64,000 nt of DNA, taken from Candidatus Poribacteria bacterium. GTDB taxonomy: Bacteria > Poribacteria > WGA-4E > PCPOR2b. Shown here piece after piece: positions 58,109-64,000 of the stretch. Within the stretch, counting starts at the first letter, position 1; every line of letters begins with the position of its first letter. Under the pieces are notes generated by a model, which saw only the letters and a program-made list of their open reading frames with translations, searched no databases and was not told the DNA's origin. The position numbers were made by a program, and so were the translations under genes. The DNA lies in NCBI GenBank assembly GCA_965205075.1, contig OZ242036.1:3196795-3260794 (forward strand). The letters are read 5' to 3'.

Positions 58109-58881
58109 GCGCAGACAAAAGACACAGCATCGAAACCCGTCAACTTAACCTATGGTACGGCGACTTTCAGGCACTTATCAATGTGAGCATGAAGATTGTT
58201 GACGGTTTGATAACCGGGCTCATTGGTCCCTCCGGCTGTGGCAAAACCACGTTGCTGCGCTGTTTCAACCGCGTGAACGAACGCTACGGCAATGTCACGA
58301 CGACCGGCGAGGTTGAAATCCTCGGTAAAAATATTTACGATGCGGACGTCTCACTGCCGGAACTACGCAAAAACGTCGGTATGGTATTTCAGCGTCCGAA
58401 TCCCCTACCAATCTCCGTTTACGAAAATATTATTTTTGGTTTGCGGATCCACTCCGAACAGCGTATGCGGAAGAAGTCAGCAACTGACGATATCGTTGAA
58501 GCAGCGTTAAGGGAGGTCTTCCTGTGGGATGATCTGAAGGATCAACTAAAGGTGAAGGCAACCACCCTGCAGCTCGAACAGCAGCAAAAGTTGTGCATAG
58601 CCCGACTGCTGCCGTTGAAACCACGGGTGATTTTGATGGACGAACCGTGTTCTGCCCTTGACGCCAAAGGCACGCGGACCGTCGAAGAATTAATGTTGGA
58701 ACTCGCAGGGCAGTACACCATTCTGATTGTCACGCACAATATGGCGCAGGCGCGCCGTGTGAGCGATGAATGTATCTTCATGCTGCTCGGTGAGATTGTT
58801 GAGCACAGCCGCACTGAAGATCTATTCCTGACGCCCCAGAACGAAAAAACGGCGGATTATATCGAAGGTCGATACGGATAA
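58105..58881 (+). CDS. pstB: Phosphate ABC transporter ATP-binding protein PstB2 (canonical NBD motifs but degenerate signature LQLEQ)
   Basis: Walker A GPSGCGKTT. Q-loop MVFQRP. Signature LQLEQQQKL instead of LSGGQ. Walker B ILMDEP. H-loop VTHNM. Confidence 0.85.
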   Translation: MSADKRHSIETRQLNLWYGDFQALINVSMKIVDGLITGLIGPSGCGKTTLLRCFNRVNERYGNVTTTGEVEILGKNIYDADVSLPELRKNVGMVFQRPNPLPISVYENIIFGLRIHSEQRMRKKSATDDIVEAALREVFLWDDLKDQLKVKATTLQLEQQQKLCIARLLPLKPRVILMDEPCSALDAKGTRTVEELMLELAGQYTILIVTHNMAQARRVSDECIFMLLGEIVEHSRTEDLFLTPQNEKTADYIEGRYG

Positions 58882-58887
58882 TCAACT

Positions 58888-59512
58888 TAGTATACGTCGG
58901 AACCCTTTAGCGGAAGTGCCACAACCCAGATATTACGATACTTCACCGGGTTACCGTGGTTTGCAGGCGTAAGGGTCCCGGTGCTGCGGCTTCGTCGTCC
59001 GTCGCCCCACCTGTAGCCCCCTCTATTTGGACGTTATTCTGTATCACAATCCCATTCTGCAGCACGGTCACACGTGCGTTCTCTTCAATCTCTCCCGACT
59101 CACTGATGCGAGCAGCGCGGAATATCGCATCGTATGTTTGCCATTCAAGCGGTGGCTTGCAAGCGTTTACCAACGATGCAAATTGATTGTAAATTGCGCC
59201 ACAGTCTCCCATGCCCGGCACATCAATCCCGTAGGAATCCAAGACTTGGATTTCATACCGTCCCTGAAGGAATACCCCACTATTTCCTTTTGCTTGACCC
59301 GTTGCGTCTGGCATGTCGGGTGTCATGAACTCTAAATGAAGTAGAAAATCGGTAAACTTCTCCCGACTCACGATGTCCCCTCCGCCGGCGGTCACGGTCA
59401 TCGCGCCGTCAGCGACCTCCCACGCCGGTGATCCGCCATCAAGTGTCGTCCAGTTGCTGAGATCTGTCCCATCAAAAAGAATAACTGCCGCCTCCGGTGG
59501 TGTCTGCATCAT
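58888..59512 (-). pseudogene. DUF1080 (3-keto-disaccharide hydrolase) family gene with an apparent 1-nt frameshift near the C-terminus (or a sequencing error)
   Basis: ORF 58943-59515 ends ...GPLRLQTTVTR*. Shifting one base after LQ (around 58958-58964) restores the conserved family C-terminus HGNPVKYRNIWVVALPLKGSDVY-stop at 58888. Confidence 0.45.
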
Positions 59513-59530
59513 CAATTGCCCTCTCTTTTG

Positions 59531-59567
59531 AAAAATAAAAAAGCAGGGCTAAAAAATCAGCCCTGCT
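59531..59567 (-). terminator. Intrinsic terminator on the minus strand (AGCAGGGCT-gatttttt-AGCCCTGCT plus TTTTTTATTTTT), 20 nt upstream of the DUF1080 start
   Basis: Stem-loop at 59542-59567. The T-tract on the minus strand corresponds to the plus-strand A-run at 59531-59542. Confidence 0.55.
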
Positions 59568-59710
59568 CTGCACCTAAGTTTGAGATCAAGGGAAGAACCG
59601 TCCCCTAGGAGAAAGCTCCCTTGATGGGGGAAGCACTGTCTCCTAAAAGACAGCACCTCCCTTGATCATTCCACTAGATGGTAACAAGAATGATCACCTC
59701 CTTTCATTTT
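59568..59710 (-). ncRNA. Candidate structured 5' leader (riboswitch/attenuator-like) preceding the terminator and the DUF1080 gene
   Basis: Multiple nested inverted repeats: ATCAAGGGA/TCCCTTGAT twice, CTGTC/GACAG, CCCCTAGG. No coding potential. Immediately followed by the terminator and RBS. Confidence 0.3.
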
Positions 59711-60002
59711 AAAGGATACGAATAGCATAGCACACCTAGAAAACTTTGTCAACAGTAAAGTCTGTTCATTTTTCTCAATAGTTAAAAAAATCTGAGTTAG
59801 TGGTGAAAATATCAAAAAGAGAATATAACACCTGAATTGAAAACTGGAGGCAAATCAGAATGATTTTTTGTTGACTTTTTCCTACAAAGGTGTTAGGTTG
59901 ATTTGCACGACAGGTGTTCACCATCTGATCTATTACACCCCAAAAATATGTGCGAATTTTGGTTCAAGTACACAACAGCCAGCAAACCAGCAGGAGGATA
60001 TC

Positions 60003-60851
60003 ATGCCTTACAAACTTAGACCAGACAAGATGTATATGATGCCAACACACTTTGGTCCCGGCATGGGACCGAGGCAGGGACCGTGTGGACGCAAATTCGA
60101 GTGTAAGGACAGTCCGAAGTCAACGTCCGTATCAGTCAGCTTTTTGACGAACCGTGAACAACTTCAGGAATTTTTGCCTGAACGCTTCGAGGTTGGCGCA
60201 GAGCCGGTCGTCAGCGTTTCTGCATCCTATATGACGGAGATCGAGTGGTTGGCGGGTCGTGGATACAATGTCCTCGGCGTCAGCTTTCCCGCCATCTTCA
60301 ACGGGGAACGAGATCGCGCTGAAGGCGGGCTGCTGACGGTGCTTTGGGAAAACCTGTGCGATCCGATCCTTACGGGTCGTGAGCAGTTGGGCTTCTCCAA
60401 AATCTACTGTGAGCTTCCGGAGCCGGTCGTGCTTCGCGGAGACACACACTGCATTGCCAGTTGGCTCGGCTTCAAGTTCTTGGATATGGAACTGACGAAC
60501 ATGGAGCAGGTGGCACTGGATCCAAACCCTGCGCCGGCAGCTCCACCTCCGGATGATGGTGTGCTGCGGGGGACCTTGCACTACAAATATATGCCCCGAA
60601 CCGGGGAATGGGGCCAAGGCGATGTCGGGTATGCCGTACTCACGCCGGCAGAAGGAAGCAACAGCATTACTAAAGAACTGTGGCGCGGTGAGGGAACAGT
60701 GGAGTTTCACAAAGCGAGGTGGGAAGACCTACCAACACAGTATCACATAGTCAACGCCTTCCATGAGTTGGAAATTAAAGAATACCGCGGTGCAACCATC
60801 TCTAAAAGCGTTGGCGGCAAAGATCTCAGCGATCAACGAATTCTTCAGTAG
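60003..60851 (+). CDS. Hypothetical protein, possibly acetoacetate-decarboxylase-like fold
   Basis: 282 aa. RBS AGGAGGA 6 nt upstream of the ATG. Weak resemblance only. No firm motif. Confidence 0.4.
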   Translation: MPYKLRPDKMYMMPTHFGPGMGPRQGPCGRKFECKDSPKSTSVSVSFLTNREQLQEFLPERFEVGAEPVVSVSASYMTEIEWLAGRGYNVLGVSFPAIFNGERDRAEGGLLTVLWENLCDPILTGREQLGFSKIYCELPEPVVLRGDTHCIASWLGFKFLDMELTNMEQVALDPNPAPAAPPPDDGVLRGTLHYKYMPRTGEWGQGDVGYAVLTPAEGSNSITKELWRGEGTVEFHKARWEDLPTQYHIVNAFHELEIKEYRGATISKSVGGKDLSDQRILQ

Positions 60852-60925
60852 GGGCGGGGTGACCCTGCCCCTACGGGCAGAGCGAAAAAAAATTATGTAG
60901 GCTCATATCAAAAGAAAGCGCGAAG

Positions 60926-60959
60926 AGAAACCGAGTTTTTGTCAAAAACTCGGTTTCTG
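60926..60959. promoter_or_regulatory. Second copy of the 15-bp-arm palindrome AGAAACCGAGTTTTT-gtca-AAAAACTCGGTTTCT
   Basis: Identical arms to 23536-23569. Located 10 nt upstream of the RBS of the aldo/keto reductase gene. Confidence 0.4.
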
Positions 60960-60980
60960 CAGCACGACTGGAGGCAAGCT

Positions 60981-61970
60981 ATGGAATATCGTCCGTTTGG
61001 TCAAACAGGGCTGCAGGTTTCAGCGATTGGGTTCGGTTGCTGGGAGATGGGCGGCGGTTACGGTTCTATTGAGGAATCGGAAGTCATCAAGGCAATCCAC
61101 CGCGCCCTCGACCTTGGAATCAACTGTTTTGACACCGCCGAAGGCTATGGAAAGGGCAGGTCTGAAGAATTGTTGTCAAAGGCGTTGGGTGCCCGGCGAA
61201 AAGACGTTATCGTTGTGACCAAGTTCGGCGTAGGTTACGATGATCGTCCGAAGGGGAGGGATAGCCGGCGATCCACCGCGCACGCCGCGATTGATCGGAG
61301 CCTCAAGGCACTGAACACCGACTATGTTGATGTGTACCTCGTTCATTGGCCCGATCGCACAACTCCCTTCGACGAGACAATGCAGGCACTAGAGGAACTT
61401 GTCCAACAGGGGAAGGTGCGCCACGTCGGCCTATCGAATTTTACGCTCGATGAAATCAAGACGTGCGCGGCAATGCGTCGGGTTGAGGTTTTGCAGTATA
61501 GCTGCAACCTCTTTGATCGGCGTATGGCAGAATGGATCTTCCCTTATGCCGAAGAGAACGGGATTGGCGTCATGACATACGGCTCACTCGCCTACGGATT
61601 GCTGACAGGCGCATTCACCGAGGAAACCACATTTGAGGAAGGGGATTGGCGGCGCAATGGCGGCTGGGACATGTCGCTGAGGTTGTTCATGCCAGAGGTT
61701 TTCAAGCGCAACGTTCAAGCGGTCAACGAACTCAAACCGATAGCAGAACGGCTTGGGAAAAAACTTCCCCACCTCGCACTCAATTGGACGCATTCCAACC
61801 CTGGCGTCAGCGTGTCACTTGTTGGAGCGAGGCGTGCCTCCGAAGTTGAGGACAACATGGGAGCGGTTGGTTGGCAGTTGGGGGACGATGTGCGGGCTGA
61901 AATTGATCAGGTCTTCGCCGAATACGAAATCGACACCGCACCGAACAAATGGGTGGAACAGGTCGATTAA
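60981..61970 (+). CDS. Aldo/keto reductase family oxidoreductase
   Basis: MEYRPFGQTGLQVSAIGFGCWEMGG...DTAEGYGKGRSEELL (catalytic D-Y-K-H tetrad region), 329 aa. RBS GGAGG. Confidence 0.85.
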   Translation: MEYRPFGQTGLQVSAIGFGCWEMGGGYGSIEESEVIKAIHRALDLGINCFDTAEGYGKGRSEELLSKALGARRKDVIVVTKFGVGYDDRPKGRDSRRSTAHAAIDRSLKALNTDYVDVYLVHWPDRTTPFDETMQALEELVQQGKVRHVGLSNFTLDEIKTCAAMRRVEVLQYSCNLFDRRMAEWIFPYAEENGIGVMTYGSLAYGLLTGAFTEETTFEEGDWRRNGGWDMSLRLFMPEVFKRNVQAVNELKPIAERLGKKLPHLALNWTHSNPGVSVSLVGARRASEVEDNMGAVGWQLGDDVRAEIDQVFAEYEIDTAPNKWVEQVD

Positions 61971-62391
61971 TGCACAGATCTGGAAACTCGCTTTATAGGC
62001 TAACTCGGTCCTATTTATGTTTGATAACCCGTAGGTTGGGTTGAGCGGTTAAAAGCAAATACCTATCAAGGACGATACAGGTTCGGTCATTCAACAACAC
62101 CTGATTATAGACAGATACAGTGAAACCCAACGAAGGGTTTTATCGAGAAATCTTCTCTGCAAAAAGTTAGCTCGTAAAACTGTTCTTTTGTACCACGATC
62201 TGTTAGATTGTGATCCGAGTCCGCAAACTAACAGTTTGCACTACATTTAGCAGATTGATCGATGTTTATAGCGTTTGCCGATCCCGACTTGTCGAGGCTG
62301 CCGATGAATCGGCATTAGCAACATCAAAATGTCAGCAGAACCTAGCCACTTGGGTTAGTATACCGTCTAAAATGGAATAGGCAGATTTAGC

Positions 62392-64000
62392 TTACTTCAA
62401 TATTAACATCCGCCGTGTTGCCGTGAACTCTCCCGCTGCCAGTGTGTAAAAATAGAGACCACTAACGACAAACTCACCCAGCTGGTTCCGTCCGTCCCAA
62501 TAGGCTGCGCGGCTGCGACTCTGATACATCCCCGCCGCTTGATGCCCTACCGGCAATCGTCGAACCATCTCCCCATTTATATCATAAATCGTCAGCGTCA
62601 CCTCTGCTGACTCCGCTAACTGATAGGGCATCCACGTCTCCGGGTTAAACGGATTCGGATAGTTTGCCAACAACGCGGTCTCTTCAGGAATTAATGAGGC
62701 TAGCAGTTTTTGGAGGTTCTTTATTCCCTGTTTGAAGGGGTGCGAACCATCATCTTCCAACCGTGCCTGCGCTATCCACGCTTCTATCATCGCAGCATCT
62801 ATGTTTTCTGCTGCAACCACAGGCGCAGCAGATGATCCGGCAATCCTCTGTGACACGAGGATGAGGTCAAGGATACTGACAACACCGTCGCCGTTGACAT
62901 CCACCGCCGAACCTGCGGACACTCTTTTACCCAACTGTTGCGCAACAAGAACCAGATCCAGAATGCTCACCCGTCCATCCCGATTCACGTCCCCGGTGGT
63001 AAGCTGTCCTTCTATAGTAATGTGAATTTCATGGGGGCCTGCAGGAATACTATCACCGGTGCTAGCAGCAAACTCAAAATCACGCAGTGCCAACTCTGTT
63101 TCACCGATGGCTTTCGCCTTGAACCTTACTTGAAGCAGTGTACCGGTGCCACCCACACCTTGGGAGGACAACCGCGCCGCATTGAGTCCCGTAATTTTAC
63201 CCGCTGCGTTATCAATACTTCCTCCCTGAAAAAAGGTGGTGCCGCCACCGGTCTTCAGGAAATCACCCTCGCTCACGTTGATGACTTCAAGGACAGTAGG
63301 GTCGAAGGCGATATCAAACTGCCACCCTGCTAGGTTAATGACATCTTCTGCACGGATGTCAAGGGTAAAGGTATCACCTATATGAATTGGCGTTTTAGAA
63401 AAAGCGTAATCAAGACTGGGGTTTGTCACTGTATATTCAGTGCCGGGCTCAAATCCAAAAAAAGCGTTACCGTCACTAGGCGTGATATTAACTGCCGCTA
63501 ACAGGATATTTCTCCCCTGCTTCAGCGTAACCGGGGAATAATCACTGTAATCCTCACCCCAAAGCCTATCAAGGCGCTCGTAAACCAAACCCCCGTTGAG
63601 CCAGACCTTTAGCCCGTGCAGGGCACCAACGTACATCGCTGTGTTCTGTTCCTGTGGAGAATAGAGGGACACAGTGCCGTAGACAACTCCACGGAACTCG
63701 CGTTTCAGCATATCTTCAATGTTATCCCAGCCCATAGTTGGGAGTTTATAGAATGTCCACACATCATCGCCGACAGATTGCCCTTCCACTGCCCCGTGGG
63801 TGGAGACCTCCACCTCTGTCACCCTCCCACCACTCACTTCTGATAGTAAATCGGTACTGCTATCCAGCTTAGTATCCGGTAGCACGACCCATAGCCACGG
63901 TCCTTCTATCTTCGGCCCCCCTTGTGGAAATCCCGGATTTGCGTGCCAAATAAGCGTTATATTCTCTCGTAATCCGTCCAAGGGCGAAAAGTCGGAAATT
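62392..64000 (-). CDS. Secreted cohesin-domain plus tandem dockerin-repeat protein with a T9SS-type (Por_Secre_tail/FlgD-Ig-like) C-terminal sorting domain; 5' end lies beyond the window
   Basis: Cohesin-like segment (TLDIRAEDVINLAGWQFDIAFDPTVLEVINVSEGDF...). Dockerin repeats (GDVNRDGRVSILDLVLVAQQL, VDVNGDGVVSILDLILVSQRI). C-terminal NYPNPFNPET...GLYFYTLAAGEFTATRRMLILK. Confidence 0.7.
   Translation of the reverse strand, partial: ISDFSPLDGLRENITLIWHANPGFPQGGPKIEGPWLWVVLPDTKLDSSTDLLSEVSGGRVTEVEVSTHGAVEGQSVGDDVWTFYKLPTMGWDNIEDMLKREFRGVVYGTVSLYSPQEQNTAMYVGALHGLKVWLNGGLVYERLDRLWGEDYSDYSPVTLKQGRNILLAAVNITPSDGNAFFGFEPGTEYTVTNPSLDYAFSKTPIHIGDTFTLDIRAEDVINLAGWQFDIAFDPTVLEVINVSEGDFLKTGGGTTFFQGGSIDNAAGKITGLNAARLSSQGVGGTGTLLQVRFKAKAIGETELALRDFEFAASTGDSIPAGPHEIHITIEGQLTTGDVNRDGRVSILDLVLVAQQLGKRVSAGSAVDVNGDGVVSILDLILVSQRIAGSSAAPVVAAENIDAAMIEAWIAQARLEDDGSHPFKQGIKNLQKLLASLIPEETALLANYPNPFNPETWMPYQLAESAEVTLTIYDINGEMVRRLPVGHQAAGMYQSRSRAAYWDGRNQLGEFVVSGLYFYTLAAGEFTATRRMLILK

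Noticed and set aside
62732-63333. Plus-strand ORFs of 97 and 131 aa
   Set aside because: They lie antisense inside the cohesin/dockerin/T9SS gene, whose domain content strongly supports the minus-strand frame.
1-64000. tRNA, rRNA, tmRNA or RNase P genes
   Set aside because: A scan of intergenic regions found no T-loop GTTCRANYC-type motifs with acceptor-stem symmetry and no rRNA-like conserved blocks. None can be supported by eye.

Overview
This is a 64-kb chromosomal window from a Gram-negative (diderm) bacterium, about 50% GC, that uses TGA as a normal stop codon. The taxon is uncertain; a T9SS-type C-terminal sorting domain and many Gfo/Idh/MocA, PhyH, DUF1080, HEAT and NHL paralogs are consistent with an FCB-like or candidate-phylum lineage. 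The window is gene-dense and mostly housekeeping or metabolic. It holds a conserved lpxL-lptC-lptA-lptB-rpoN-hpf-hprK-ptsH block. It holds a Pho-regulon island with two notable oddities: phoR-phoB, TonB-dependent receptor, lipoprotein, TonB, a porin with a Pho box, a PhoU fusion and pstSCAB1B2. It also holds an ABC exporter cluster with accessory genes and an outer-membrane barrel, several Gfo/Idh/MocA oxidoreductases (one paired with a DUF1080 3-keto-glycoside hydrolase), phytanoyl-CoA dioxygenase paralogs, gamma-glutamyltransferase, and HEAT- and NHL-repeat proteins. No tRNA, rRNA or CRISPR was found by eye. Most notable findings: (1) a DUF3179 gene with an in-frame TGA at the Cys of its conserved CxxC motif, suggesting a selenoprotein or a pseudogene; (2) PstB1/PstB2 with complementary motif degeneracy, predicting an asymmetric heterodimer with one dead ATP site; (3) PhoU fused to a low-molecular-weight phosphatase/ArsC-like domain that lacks all catalytic cysteines; (4) several structured leader or riboswitch-like elements with intrinsic terminators; (5) families of perfect palindromes and small intergenic repeats; (6) an ABC exporter with an N-terminal PH-like and zinc-ribbon extension, plus accessory genes. 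Many ORF-track starts were re-placed onto RBS-supported start codons.
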